A DNA stretch of 32,000 nucleotides from Phycisphaera mikurensis NBRC 102666 (GCF_000284115.1 NC_017080.1:390001-422000), one strand, 5' to 3'. Counted from the first letter of the stretch, positions 1 to 9,228 are shown. The notes: generated by a model from the letters alone, not told the origin. Made by a program: numbers and translations.

Positions 1-199
1 CCGAAGAGCCCTTGCTGGTCGTGATCGTCAGGGCGCCGTCGAGCACCCACTTCGCGTGAGACGCCCCGTCGCCGGCCTTGCTCGGCACCTGCACGGTCAT
101 GTTCTCGAAGGCGTACCGGATCTCGGCGCCGCGGCCGGTGAGGCCGTCGAAGAGGCCGATCGCGAGCTCGGGCCAGGTGGTGGTTTCGGTGGTGTCCAT
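1..199 (-). CDS. Hypothetical protein, N-terminal part only (truncated by window edge)
   Basis: Reverse complement from ATG at 199 reads MDTTETTTWPELAIGLFDGLTGRGAEIRYAFENMTVQVPSKAGDGASHAKWVLDGALTITTSKGSS, with no stop before the edge; divergent from the 258 gene. Confidence 0.6.
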   Translation of the reverse strand, partial: MDTTETTTWPELAIGLFDGLTGRGAEIRYAFENMTVQVPSKAGDGASHAKWVLDGALTITTSKGSS

Positions 200-257
200 G
201 GGGAGGTTCTAGGCGGGGCGGCGGGGCCGAGGCGGCCGGCTCCCTACCGTCGGGTCG

Positions 258-1829
258 ATGACAAGCACCACGCTGGTCACCGGCGCAACCGGCTACATCG
301 GCGGCCGGCTCGTGCCGCGGCTGCTCGGGGCGGGCCACCGCGTCCGCGTGCTGGTCCGGGGCACCGACTCCATCAAGGGCCGCGCCTGGGAGCGTGACGT
401 CGAGGTGGTGCGTGGCGACCTGCTCGATGCCGGGTCGCTTCTGCCTGCGCTGCGGGGCGTCGGCACCGCGTACTACCTCGTGCACTCGATGACCGCGGGC
501 GAGGGGTTCGAGGAGCGCGACCGCACGGCCGCGCAGCACTTCGTCGAGGCCTGCCGCCGCGGCCGGTCCGAGGATCGCTTGCCCCACGTGATCTACCTCG
601 GCGGCCTGCAGCCCGCGGGCGGCGAGGTCTCGGCGCACCTGTCCAGCCGGGCCGAGACCGGCGCGATCCTGGCGGCGGGGCTTCCCGGCCGCGTGACCGA
701 GTTCCGGGCGGGGCCGATCATCGGATCCGGCTCGGCCTCCTTCGAGATGGTCCGCTACCTGACCGAGCGGCTGCCGGTGATGATCTGCCCGAGCTGGGTC
801 GACACCGTTGTCACGCCCGTGGCGATCCGCGACGTGCTCGCCTACCTCGTCGCCGCGGGCTCGCCGGAGGGACCCGGGCCCGCCGGGACGCTGGACATCG
901 GCACCGAGCCGCACTCGTTCCGCGAGTTGATGCTCGAGCTCGCCGCGGTCCGCGGCCTGCGTCGCCGCATCGTGCGCGTGCCGCTGGTGGCCGCCGGCCT
1001 CGCCGCGCGGTGGGTCTCGCTGGTCACGCCGATCCCGCTCGACCTGGCGCGGCCGCTGGTCAAGGGCACCACGCGCGACCTCATCGCCGACACGGCGAAG
1101 GCGCGGCGGCTGTTCCCGAACGTGCGGCCGATCCCGTACCGGCGGGCGGTGGAGCTGGCGATGGAGCGGACCAGCAGCAACTCGGTGGAGACCCGCTGGA
1201 GCGGCGCCCCGCCCGACGCCGGCGATGGCCCCGCCAGCGGCAGCGTCCAGAGCAAGATCGACGACCGCGAGGGCGTCTTCCGCGATCAACGCATCCTGGT
1301 GACGGCCGCGGCACCCAAAGCCGTGTTCGCCGCCATCTGCCGGATCGGCGGGCCGCACGGCTACCACGGCTGGGGCTGGGCCTGGAAGCTGCGCGGCCTG
1401 ATGGACGCCGCCATCGGCGGGCCGGGCCTGCGACGCGGCCGGCGCGACCCCGACCGGATCCTCGAGGGCGAGGCCCTGGACTTCTGGCGCGTCGAGCGCC
1501 TGATCGCCCCGCAGGAGTGCGGTCCCGGCGAGGCCGCGCTGCTGCGCCTGCGGGCGGAGATGAAGGTCCCCGGCGTCGCCTACCTGCAGTGGGAGAGCTC
1601 CCCCTGCGCCGCCGGCACCCGCATCGTGCAGACGGCGCTCTTCGAGCCCCGGGGCTTCCGCGGGCTCGTCTACTGGTACGCCATGCTGCCCGCTCACGGC
1701 TTCATCTTCCCGGGCATGGTGCGCGGCGTGGCGAAGACCGCCGTCGAGCTGCAGGCGATCCACGAAGCGCTGCGGCAGGACGGGAAGCAAGCCGCCGCGG
1801 TCGCGGCCGAAGCGGGTGCCCCGGCGTGA
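258..1829 (+). CDS. SDR-family NAD(P)-binding oxidoreductase with DUF2867-like C-terminal region
   Basis: N-terminal LVTGATGYIGGRLVPRLLGAGHRVRVLVRG Rossmann motif; ~520 aa; C-terminal WRVERLIAPQECGPGEAALLRLRAEMKVPGVAYLQWE...FEPRGFRGLVYWYAMLPAH typical of SDR+DUF2867 fusions. Confidence 0.88.
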   Translation: MTSTTLVTGATGYIGGRLVPRLLGAGHRVRVLVRGTDSIKGRAWERDVEVVRGDLLDAGSLLPALRGVGTAYYLVHSMTAGEGFEERDRTAAQHFVEACRRGRSEDRLPHVIYLGGLQPAGGEVSAHLSSRAETGAILAAGLPGRVTEFRAGPIIGSGSASFEMVRYLTERLPVMICPSWVDTVVTPVAIRDVLAYLVAAGSPEGPGPAGTLDIGTEPHSFRELMLELAAVRGLRRRIVRVPLVAAGLAARWVSLVTPIPLDLARPLVKGTTRDLIADTAKARRLFPNVRPIPYRRAVELAMERTSSNSVETRWSGAPPDAGDGPASGSVQSKIDDREGVFRDQRILVTAAAPKAVFAAICRIGGPHGYHGWGWAWKLRGLMDAAIGGPGLRRGRRDPDRILEGEALDFWRVERLIAPQECGPGEAALLRLRAEMKVPGVAYLQWESSPCAAGTRIVQTALFEPRGFRGLVYWYAMLPAHGFIFPGMVRGVAKTAVELQAIHEALRQDGKQAAAVAAEAGAPA

Positions 1830-2002
1830 GGCGCGGCAACGACCGCCAGGCGAAGCTGCCGGTGAAGGACTGCGCCGTCTGCAAGCGCCCGATCGTCTGG
1901 CGGAAGAAGTGGGAACGCGATTGGGAGAGCGTGAAGTTCTGCAGCGAGAGGTGCCGGCGCGCCGCGGCGTCGTCGGGGCAGTCCAAGCCGCGGCGCGGCT
2001 GA
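1826..2002 (+). CDS. DUF2256-like small Cys-rich protein
   Basis: GTG start overlapping the upstream stop (GTGA); product (M)RRGNDRQAKLPVKDCAVCKRPIVWRKKWERDWESVKFCSERCRR, with two CxxC-type pairs. Confidence 0.75.
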   Translation: MRRGNDRQAKLPVKDCAVCKRPIVWRKKWERDWESVKFCSERCRRAAASSGQSKPRRG

Positions 2003-2017
2003 GCGACCCGGGGCGGG

Positions 2018-2065
2018 CCCGCGGACCGTCGGCGTTTCCGGCGTCCGAGCGCGGCGGTCCGCGGG
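2018..2065. repeat. Palindromic element, locus 1 (CCGCGGACCG-N26-CGGTCCGCGG; 11-bp perfect arms)
   Basis: CCGCGGACCG at 2019-2028, CGGTCCGCGG at 2055-2064; 16 nt after the DUF2256 stop. Confidence 0.9.
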
Positions 2066-2251
2066 ATCGCCCGGGGTGGGTGTCCTTCCTCCGGGGGCTG
2101 GCGCCACGGCGGCCCGGGGGCAAGCGGGACGCCGCCCGCCGCGACCGCAGCGCCCCGGCCGACTTGCGGATTCCACGCGCCGCGGGTTTACTCCGCTCGG
2201 GTTGTCCCTCGGGTCGAAACCCCATCTGCTTCCCCTTCTCCTCCCACCAGG

Positions 2252-3073
2252 ATGTCATCGATGGAGAGTCCTCCGCCTCCTCCGCCGCGCGACGCGGCGA
2301 TCCCCCGGCTCCACGAGCGGCTCGACGCGCTGCAGGCGCAGCAGCGTTCGGCGCGTCTGTTCCTGCTCGGCCTTGCGCTGCTGCTGATCCTGATCGTGCT
2401 GCTGTTCGGCTTCGGCCTGTACCGCGCGGTCACCACGAATCTGTCGGTCGACAAGCTGCAGCCGGCGCTGATGGAGCGGGTCGAGGCCCGCGCCCCGCAG
2501 CTGCAGCGGACCGCGACCGAGGCGCTCACGCTGGCGATGCCGACCTACCAGCGGCTGGGCTCGGCGAAGATCGAGCAGATCACGCCGGCCCTGCGGGAGG
2601 GGCTTCAGCGGGAGTTCGACGCCCTGCCCGAGGCGGTGCGCGAGCGGCTCGACGAGCGGCTGGCCGGGATGCGCTCGCGGCTGGAGCAGACGCTGCGGGC
2701 GCGGGTCACCGAGCGTTTCGGCGAGATCCCCCCCGACAAGGTGGAACGGCTGGCCGGCGCCTTCTCCGACCGGCTGCTGGAGCGGGGCGGGCCCCTCCGG
2801 GCAGACCTCGAAGCCAAGTACGAGCTGCAGAAGCGGCGGGTGGAGGACGTGCTGACGAAGTTCGACCTGCCCGCCACCGCCGGCCTCAGCGACGGCGAGC
2901 TCCAGCTCAAGGTGATGGAGAACGCGGCCCTGCTGGTCGTCTACCTCGCGCAGAACCCCGATGAGCTGCCGGTGATGCCCACGCTCGGCGACCTCACCGG
3001 CCCGGACGGCGCGGCCCTCCGCGACGGGACCGAAGCCGGCGAAACCACCCTCCCCGGAAGCGACGAATCATGA
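2252..3073 (+). CDS. Hypothetical membrane-anchored helical protein
   Basis: One N-terminal TM segment (LFLLGLALLLILIVLLFGFGLYRAV) followed by a long charged helical region; ends in an ATGA overlap with the next gene. Confidence 0.75.
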   Translation: MSSMESPPPPPPRDAAIPRLHERLDALQAQQRSARLFLLGLALLLILIVLLFGFGLYRAVTTNLSVDKLQPALMERVEARAPQLQRTATEALTLAMPTYQRLGSAKIEQITPALREGLQREFDALPEAVRERLDERLAGMRSRLEQTLRARVTERFGEIPPDKVERLAGAFSDRLLERGGPLRADLEAKYELQKRRVEDVLTKFDLPATAGLSDGELQLKVMENAALLVVYLAQNPDELPVMPTLGDLTGPDGAALRDGTEAGETTLPGSDES

Positions 3074-3765
3074 GCGACCGCACCCCCCCCACCGACACGC
3101 TCGCCGGCCTCGAGCAACGGATCCAGGAGCTCGCGGAAGCGGCCGCCCGACGCAAGCGGGTGCTCGTCGCCGCGGGCGTCGTCGTGGCCCTGCTCACGGC
3201 GGCCTACCTCGGCTTCGCGTGGCAGCAGATCCGCTCGCAGCTCGATGCGCCCACGCTCGTGGCCGCGGCCGAGATGCGGGCCCAGCCGCTGCTCGACCGC
3301 CCGGCCTCGTCCTGGGCCGAGGAGCTCGAGGCGCAGGCCCCGGCCCTGCTCGATGCCGCCGCCGCCGCCGCAATGCAGGCGCCCGAGCAGCTCTCCGAGC
3401 GGGTGCTCGGGTACGTCGACGCGGCCGTCGCGGAGCGGATGCCCGACCTGGAGAACCGCTTCGAGGAGCTGGCGGCCGCGCTGGTCGATCAGGCCGCCGA
3501 GGCCGCCGGCGACGGCTTCAAGGAGGGCCAGATGAGCGACGAGGAGGCCGAGGCCGTCGTCACCGCCATCGCCGACCAGTTCGACGCGTCGCTGCGCGAG
3601 AAGGTCGACGCCCTGTACGACGACTACACCGGCGTCTCCGGCGAGCTGATCGATCGGCTCGACAAGCTGGCCACCGGCGAGAACCTCTCCGAGAAGGAAG
3701 CGCTGCACCGCGAGCTGATCACCAGCTTCCTGGCGCTGCTGCAGCGCGTGCAGGCGAAGGGCTGA
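3070..3765 (+). CDS. Hypothetical membrane-anchored helical protein
   Basis: N-terminal TM (RVLVAAGVVVALLTAAYLGFAW) followed by acidic helical region; start overlaps upstream stop by 4 nt. Confidence 0.75.
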   Translation: MSDRTPPTDTLAGLEQRIQELAEAAARRKRVLVAAGVVVALLTAAYLGFAWQQIRSQLDAPTLVAAAEMRAQPLLDRPASSWAEELEAQAPALLDAAAAAAMQAPEQLSERVLGYVDAAVAERMPDLENRFEELAAALVDQAAEAAGDGFKEGQMSDEEAEAVVTAIADQFDASLREKVDALYDDYTGVSGELIDRLDKLATGENLSEKEALHRELITSFLALLQRVQAKG

Positions 3766-3862
3766 AGGCCCGCGAGGCGGGACCCGACGGACCCGCCAAA
3801 CCCGCTCGCCGCGGCCTCTACGCTCGCCCGCCCGCCGCCCGCACCGCGGCGGGCGATCCGCC

Positions 3863-5524
3863 ATGCCCGCACCGAAGAAAGTCGTCATCGTCGGGGCCGG
3901 CCCCGGCGGCCTCGCCAGCGCCATGCTCCTCGCCCGCGCGGGCCTCGGCGTCACCGTGCTGGAGAAGCGCGACCGCGTCGGCGGCCGCACCTCCGCGATC
4001 CACGCCCCGCTGCCGCCCGAGCACGGCGGCGGCCGGCGCGGCAGAGGCAGCAGGCCGGAGCGCCCCTTCACCTTCGACCTGGGGCCGACCTTCTTCCTGT
4101 ACCCGCGGATCCTCGAAGAGGTCTACGCGATGTGCGGGCTTGACCTGCACGCCCACGGCGACGCCGATCACGGCGTGGAGCTCACGCGCCTCGACCCGCA
4201 GTACCGGCTGCTCTTCGAGGGCGAGGACCGGGGGGTCGAGACGGTGCTGGACTGCACCGCCGATCCCGAGCGGATGGCGGAACAGATCGCGAAGCTCTGC
4301 CCCGACGACGCGAAGCGCTTCCCGCGCTTCCTCAACGAGAACCGCGCGAAGTTCAGCGCCTTCACGAAAGTGCTCCAGCGGCCCTGGAGGGGGCTCACCG
4401 ACTACCTCGACCCGCAGCTCGCGGCGATGCTCCCGCTCGTCCGCCCGCACTCCACGGTCGACCGAGACCTCGGCCGCTACTTCCACGATCCGCGCGTCCG
4501 CCTCGCGTTCAGCTTCCAGGCGAAGTACCTGGGCATGAGCCCGTTCAACTGCCCGAGCCTCTTCACGATCCTCTCGTACCTGGAGTACGACTTCGGCGTG
4601 TTCCACCCCACCGGCGGCTGCAACGCCGTGAGCACCGCGATGGCCGGCGCGGCCGAGGCGCTGGGCGCGAGGGTGGAGCTGGAGGCCGCCGTCACCGGCG
4701 TCGACTTCGAGCCCGGCACCCGCCGCGCGACGGGCGTGACCTACACCGACGCCGCCGGGGAAGCGCATCACGCCGACGCCGACGCCGTGGTCATCGGAGC
4801 CGACTTCGCCCACGCGATGGCGAACCTCGTGCCCGACCGGCTCCGCCGGAGGTGGACCGACCGGAAGCTCGAGAAGAAGAAGTACTCCTGCTCCACCTAC
4901 ATGCTCTACCTCGGCGTCGAGGGCGGCCCGGAGGACTTCGAGCACCTCGAGCACCACAACATCTTCCTCACCCGCGACTACCCGAGAAACCTCGACGAGA
5001 TCGAGAACGGGCACCGCCTCAGCGACGAGCCGAGCGTCTACCTGCACCACCCCGGCCACACCGACGCGACGATGGCGCCCGAGGGCTTCTCCAGCCTCTA
5101 CGTGCTCGCACCCACGACGCACCAGCACGCCAACGTGGACTGGGAGGCGCAGGGCCCCGGCTTCCGCGACACCGTCTTCGCCCAGCTCGGGAAGATGGGC
5201 TTGGAGGACCTCCGCTCACGCGTCGTGTACGAGAAAGCGCTGACCCCCGACGGGTGGGCCCAGGACCTCTCCATCTTCAAGGGCGCCACCTTCAACCTGG
5301 CCCACAACCTCGGCCAGATGCTGCACCTGCGGCCGAACAACCGCTTCGAGGACCTCGACGGCGTCTACCTCGTCGGCGGCGGGACCCATCCCGGCTCGGG
5401 CCTGCCGGTCATCTACGAGGGCGCCCGCATCTCGGCGCAGCTCGTCTGCGACGACCTCGGCGTGGAGCCGGACTGGGAGCCGGTCCGGCCGAAGACGCCG
5501 ACGCCGGAGCGGGTCGGAACCTGA
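3863..5524 (+). CDS. Phytoene desaturase / CrtI-family FAD-dependent oxidoreductase (copy 1)
   Basis: N-terminal KKVVIVGAGPGGLASAMLLARAGLGVTVLEKRDRVGGRTSA dinucleotide-binding motif; C-terminal DLDGVYLVGGGTHPGSGLPVIYEGARISAQL, typical of the CrtI family. Confidence 0.9.
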   Translation: MPAPKKVVIVGAGPGGLASAMLLARAGLGVTVLEKRDRVGGRTSAIHAPLPPEHGGGRRGRGSRPERPFTFDLGPTFFLYPRILEEVYAMCGLDLHAHGDADHGVELTRLDPQYRLLFEGEDRGVETVLDCTADPERMAEQIAKLCPDDAKRFPRFLNENRAKFSAFTKVLQRPWRGLTDYLDPQLAAMLPLVRPHSTVDRDLGRYFHDPRVRLAFSFQAKYLGMSPFNCPSLFTILSYLEYDFGVFHPTGGCNAVSTAMAGAAEALGARVELEAAVTGVDFEPGTRRATGVTYTDAAGEAHHADADAVVIGADFAHAMANLVPDRLRRRWTDRKLEKKKYSCSTYMLYLGVEGGPEDFEHLEHHNIFLTRDYPRNLDEIENGHRLSDEPSVYLHHPGHTDATMAPEGFSSLYVLAPTTHQHANVDWEAQGPGFRDTVFAQLGKMGLEDLRSRVVYEKALTPDGWAQDLSIFKGATFNLAHNLGQMLHLRPNNRFEDLDGVYLVGGGTHPGSGLPVIYEGARISAQLVCDDLGVEPDWEPVRPKTPTPERVGT

Positions 5525-5741
5525 GCCGGGGCGCCCGGGGCTTCTCAGCGGTCTCGCCGGTGGCGCGGGCGGGGGGACCCGAGCGGCCCCCGCGGGGGTA
5601 CCGGAGCGTCGCGATGGGGCCGGCCGCCGGCTCCTCCTGAGCCCGCCGTGGCTGCCTTGGGCCCGCGGGCGAAGCGGCCCCGAGCGACCACCGCGCGGGC
5701 GGCGCCCGTCGCCGTGCGCGCGGCGAGACGGTCGCAGGGCC

Positions 5742-6818
5742 TCAAAAGGTGCAGTGCTTGCGGAGCGGGATGCGGTGCAGCGGGACGTCCGCGAGCAGGT
5801 CGGCGACGCGTCCGCCGGTGCGGCCGTCGCCGTAGGGATGGGCGAAGCCGTTGAAGTCGAAGGCACGCGCGTGGGCCATGGCTTCGCGGATGGCCGCCTC
5901 CGCGTGGTCCGCGTGCCGTGCGTGGGCGGGCCGCTCGCGGCCGGCCTGGCGGGGGCCCACGTCGACGGCGGCGCAGCGGCAGGCGGCGGCTTCGATCAGG
6001 CCGGCGGAGGAGTTGCCGACGAGCAGGCGGGCCCGCTTGAGCAGGCCGATGAAGGCGGGGCGGGGCAGGTGCTCCACGACCTCGGCGGGGTCGGCGTGCC
6101 TCGCGATGGCGGCGGCGACGCCGGCACGGCCGGGGTCGTGGTTGGGCAGCAGCACGACGCGTCGGAGGCCGGCGGTGGCTCCAAGCGTCGCGGCCATGCG
6201 CCGCTCTTCCTGGGCGTCGGTCCCGCCGACGGGGTGCTGGAGCACAACGACCTCCGGGCCCTCCGCGGCCGCGGGGATCGCGTCGAGCCCGTCCACGGCG
6301 GGCGAGCCGACGACGTGAACCGCCGCTTCGGGCTCGCCGAGGGCGAGCACGCGGCGGCGGCTCGTCGCGGTGGCGGGCAGGTGCACGTGGGCGAGCTTGG
6401 TGATCGCGTGCCGCATCGCCTCGTCGGCGACGCCCTCGGCCCGGTCGCCGCCGTGGAGGTGCGCGACCCGGTGGCCCGCCACGCTCGCGGCGGCGGCGGC
6501 CGCGAAGGCCTCGATGCGGTCGCCGAGGACGACGACGAAGCAGGGGTTGAGCCGCGCGAACGCCGCGGCGAAGCCGGAGACGCCGCGGCCGAGCGCGGCG
6601 GCGTCGGCGCCGCGGCCCACCTCGCCCGCCCGCTGCATCGGGACTTCGGCGGCGACGGGGAGGTCCAGGTCCACGCGGCTCCCCGTGATCAGGTGCGTGC
6701 CGGCGGCGATCAGGCGCAGCGTGAGCCGGGGGTGCGCCTCCACCGCGTGCGCGACGGTGCGGAGCAGGCCCCACTCGGCGCGGGTGCCGGTGACCAGGGC
6801 GACGGTGCGGGGGGTCAA
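5742..6818 (-). CDS. UDP-N-acetylglucosamine 2-epimerase family (NeuC-like, hydrolysing)
   Basis: (M)TPRTVALVTGTRAEWGLLRTVAHAVEAHPRLTLRLIAAGTHL...HLHGGDRAEGVADEAMRHAITKLAHVHLPAT...GNSSAGLIEAA. Likely TTG start overlapping the upstream stop (TTGA). Confidence 0.85.
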   Translation of the reverse strand: MTPRTVALVTGTRAEWGLLRTVAHAVEAHPRLTLRLIAAGTHLITGSRVDLDLPVAAEVPMQRAGEVGRGADAAALGRGVSGFAAAFARLNPCFVVVLGDRIEAFAAAAAASVAGHRVAHLHGGDRAEGVADEAMRHAITKLAHVHLPATATSRRRVLALGEPEAAVHVVGSPAVDGLDAIPAAAEGPEVVVLQHPVGGTDAQEERRMAATLGATAGLRRVVLLPNHDPGRAGVAAAIARHADPAEVVEHLPRPAFIGLLKRARLLVGNSSAGLIEAAACRCAAVDVGPRQAGRERPAHARHADHAEAAIREAMAHARAFDFNGFAHPYGDGRTGGRVADLLADVPLHRIPLRKHCTF

Positions 6819-7531
6819 GCCGCCGGGCCCCGCGAGAGGATCGCCTCGGCGACCAGGCGGTCGATCTCCGAGTCGACGTCGACCACCGAGCCCGCCGGGT
6901 TCACGACGGCCCGGCGGTCGGTGCCGAGGAAGGCGTGCGGCGCGTCGGGCTGCGCCGCCGCGGCGTCGAGCGCGGCGCGGGGCACGGCGAGCGCCCCCCC
7001 GTCGAGCTCGTAGAGCGGCGGCAGGTCCTGCCGGCGGTGCACGTCGTTCTCGACGTGCGGCCGCAGCCGGTCGCCGTCGAGTGCCTTCATCCAGAAGGGG
7101 TGGTGCTTGCCGACCGGCGACACGCTCTGCACCGAATCGCAGCCGGTGGAGCCGAGCTTGCCGACCACGCGGTCGGTCAGGTCGGCGGGGCGGACGGGCA
7201 CGTTGCCGTAGAGCACGGCGACGAGGGCGAAGCGTCGGTCCGGGTCGGCCGCGGTCGCGGCGTGGTGGGCGGCGGCGGCGACCGGGGCGCAGTCGGTCGC
7301 GAGGGCGGCGGGGCGGAGCACGGCCCCGACGCCGAGCCCGGCGGCGATCTTGGCGTACGCCGCGCTGTCGGTGCCCAGCGCCACGCGGCCGACGCTCGCG
7401 GAGCCGAGCGCGTGCTCGAGCGTCCACGCGAGCATCGGCCGGCCCGCGCACGGCAGCGCGTTCTTGTTCGGCAGGCCCCGGCTGCCCCCGCGGGCCAGCA
7501 CCACGGCGAGGGCGGGCGCCCCGGCGGTCAC
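6815..7531 (-). CDS. Acylneuraminate cytidylyltransferase family (NeuA-like)
   Basis: LAVVLARGGSRGLPNKNALPCAGRPMLAWTLEHAL nucleotidyltransferase motif and VVDVDSEIDRLVAEAIL C-terminus; GTG start overlapping upstream stop (GTGA). Confidence 0.85.
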   Translation of the reverse strand: MTAGAPALAVVLARGGSRGLPNKNALPCAGRPMLAWTLEHALGSASVGRVALGTDSAAYAKIAAGLGVGAVLRPAALATDCAPVAAAAHHAATAADPDRRFALVAVLYGNVPVRPADLTDRVVGKLGSTGCDSVQSVSPVGKHHPFWMKALDGDRLRPHVENDVHRRQDLPPLYELDGGALAVPRAALDAAAAQPDAPHAFLGTDRRAVVNPAGSVVDVDSEIDRLVAEAILSRGPAA

Positions 7532-9228
7532 GCCGCCCCCCGCGCGAGCGTGAGGAAGTCGAAGCAGCGGCGGCACAGCGGCGAGTCGTCGGGCGTCCAC
7601 GCCGGGTCCAGCGCGAGCGTCGCGGCGCCGGCCCAGAGCTCCGCGAGCGGGGCGTCGCCGGCGTCGCCCAGCGGGAGGCGGCCGTGCCAATCCTGGTGGC
7701 ACAGGCACACGGTGCCGTCGGCGAGCACGGTGAGCCGGCGCTTCGCCTGCGTCGGCCGCGGCGGCGTCCACGGCGGGTCCATCGGCACCGGCGAGGCGTC
7801 GGGCGTGAGCGCCGAGCGCCCGGTGCCGCCGGTGGGGAAGCGCTCGAGGATCGCGTGGTCCGCCAGCTGCCACCAGCGCTCGAAGAAGGGCTCGAGGTCG
7901 GCGACGTTTCCGCGGGTCTTCGTGAGCACGGGGACGATCCGCGGGACGGACGGGTCGGGCAGCAGCCCGTGGAGGGCCGCGACCGCGTCGTCGAAGCCGT
8001 CGGCGCCGTTCGCCTCGGCGTAGACCGCCGCCGACGCCGCGTTAAGCCGCACGAGCACAACGTCAACCGCCCAGCCGCGGACCGCGGCCGCGACGGCTTC
8101 CGCAGCGCCGCGGTCCGCGGCATCGCACGCACCCTGCAGCGAGGTCTCCACGGCGACCCCGGCGGCACCCGCGCCGCGGAAGGCCGCGACGGCCGCCGCG
8201 GCGTCGGGGTGGCAGCCGGCGTCGCCGAGGCCGCCGAGCGTCACGGCGAGGCCCGCCGACTGGCGCGCGATCTTCTCGAGGAGCGCCGGCGGCATCGGCC
8301 CCCGCGGCGGCGCAGGGGCCGGCGGCGTCGCGCTCCCGCGGCTCCACCGCCGGGGCGTCAGCTCGACGTGCAGCAGCGGCGGCAGCGTCGCGAAGCGGCC
8401 TCCGTCGGCCTCGTCGGAGAGCGTCGCGGCGACCACGGCATCCGCGTCGGCGTCGGCGAAGCGGTCGCCGAGGCGTCGGGCCAAGCGGCGGACGCGGGCG
8501 GTGCCGGCGGGCGTGTCGGAGACGAAGCGTCGCGCGGCGTCGCGGACCGCCGCGGGCACCGCGGCGTTGGCGTCGCTCGCCAGCGGGTCGACGCGGGCCC
8601 GGGCCGGCTGGTAGGCGAGCAGCCCCGCGAAGCCGCGCCGCGTGGGGTGGCCGCGCGCGAAGCCGCCGGCGGCGGCCGCCCGCTCCTCCGCGGCGAGCTG
8701 CGCGAGCAGGCCGACACCCAGCACGACCGGCGCGAGCCCCGGCGGTGCCTGGCTGAAGACCAGCGGGAGCGCCTCCGGTTCGGCCGCGTGCAGCGCGAGC
8801 ATGCGGCCCGCGAGGTCGGCGTCGAGCAGGGGCCAGTCGGCCCCGGCGAGCACGACGGCCTCGGCCCCGGCGTCCTCCGCGGCGGCGAGCAGCGGGGCGG
8901 CGGGCAGCAGCTCGTCGAAGACGGTGGACCCGCCGAGGCCGCCGCGCCACGCCCACGGCGACCAGGCCCGGGCGGTGCGGCGTGCGGTCTGCGCCGCGGG
9001 CGGGTCGAGCGCGGGGTCGAAGGCGAAGGCACCGACGCCATCGAGCCCGCCGGGCACCGGCTCGCCGGCGGGGTGCACGAGCCTCACGCCGCTCACGCCG
9101 GCGACCGCCGCCGCCCGCCGCGCCGCGTGGGCGACCACGGTGCTCCCGCCCAGCGATGCGTCCAGCTCCCGCCGGTGACCCAGCCGTCCGCGATCCCGCT
9201 CCCCGATCAACAGAACGAAAGCCTTCAC
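7528..9228 (-). CDS. Nucleotidyltransferase-like + radical-SAM-like barrel lacking CxxxCxxC + SPASM-like C-terminus ('spiro-SPASM'-type protein)
   Basis: N-terminal (M)KAFVLLIGERDRG...RRELDASLGGSTVVAHAARRAAAVAGVSGVRLVHPAGE; middle LAVTLGGLGDAGCHPDAAAAVAAFRGAGAAGVAVETS; C-terminal VCLCHQDWHGRLPLGDAGDAPLAELWAG...SPLCRRCFDF. GTG start overlaps upstream stop. Confidence 0.7.
   Translation of the reverse strand: MKAFVLLIGERDRGRLGHRRELDASLGGSTVVAHAARRAAAVAGVSGVRLVHPAGEPVPGGLDGVGAFAFDPALDPPAAQTARRTARAWSPWAWRGGLGGSTVFDELLPAAPLLAAAEDAGAEAVVLAGADWPLLDADLAGRMLALHAAEPEALPLVFSQAPPGLAPVVLGVGLLAQLAAEERAAAAGGFARGHPTRRGFAGLLAYQPARARVDPLASDANAAVPAAVRDAARRFVSDTPAGTARVRRLARRLGDRFADADADAVVAATLSDEADGGRFATLPPLLHVELTPRRWSRGSATPPAPAPPRGPMPPALLEKIARQSAGLAVTLGGLGDAGCHPDAAAAVAAFRGAGAAGVAVETSLQGACDAADRGAAEAVAAAVRGWAVDVVLVRLNAASAAVYAEANGADGFDDAVAALHGLLPDPSVPRIVPVLTKTRGNVADLEPFFERWWQLADHAILERFPTGGTGRSALTPDASPVPMDPPWTPPRPTQAKRRLTVLADGTVCLCHQDWHGRLPLGDAGDAPLAELWAGAATLALDPAWTPDDSPLCRRCFDFLTLARGAA
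8074..8121. repeat. Palindromic element, locus 2, inside the 7528-9228 gene (15-bp perfect arms)
   Basis: CCGCGGACCG at 8075-8084, CGGTCCGCGG at 8111-8120; pairing extends to 8074-8088 / 8107-8121. Confidence 0.85.

Noticed and set aside
946-955. Single CGGTCCGCGG arm inside the SDR gene
   Set aside because: No partner CCGCGGACCG at 36 nt upstream; explained by coding for AVRG. Similar single near-matches (CGCGGACCG near 8541, 10369, 13267, 13399, 21415 and 23955) also lack partners and were not counted.
5742-8168. Supplied 808-aa ORF as a single fused protein
   Set aside because: Only the part from TTG 6818 has NeuC-like homology. The upstream part is out of frame with the NeuA-like and SPASM-tailed genes and is Arg-rich junk.
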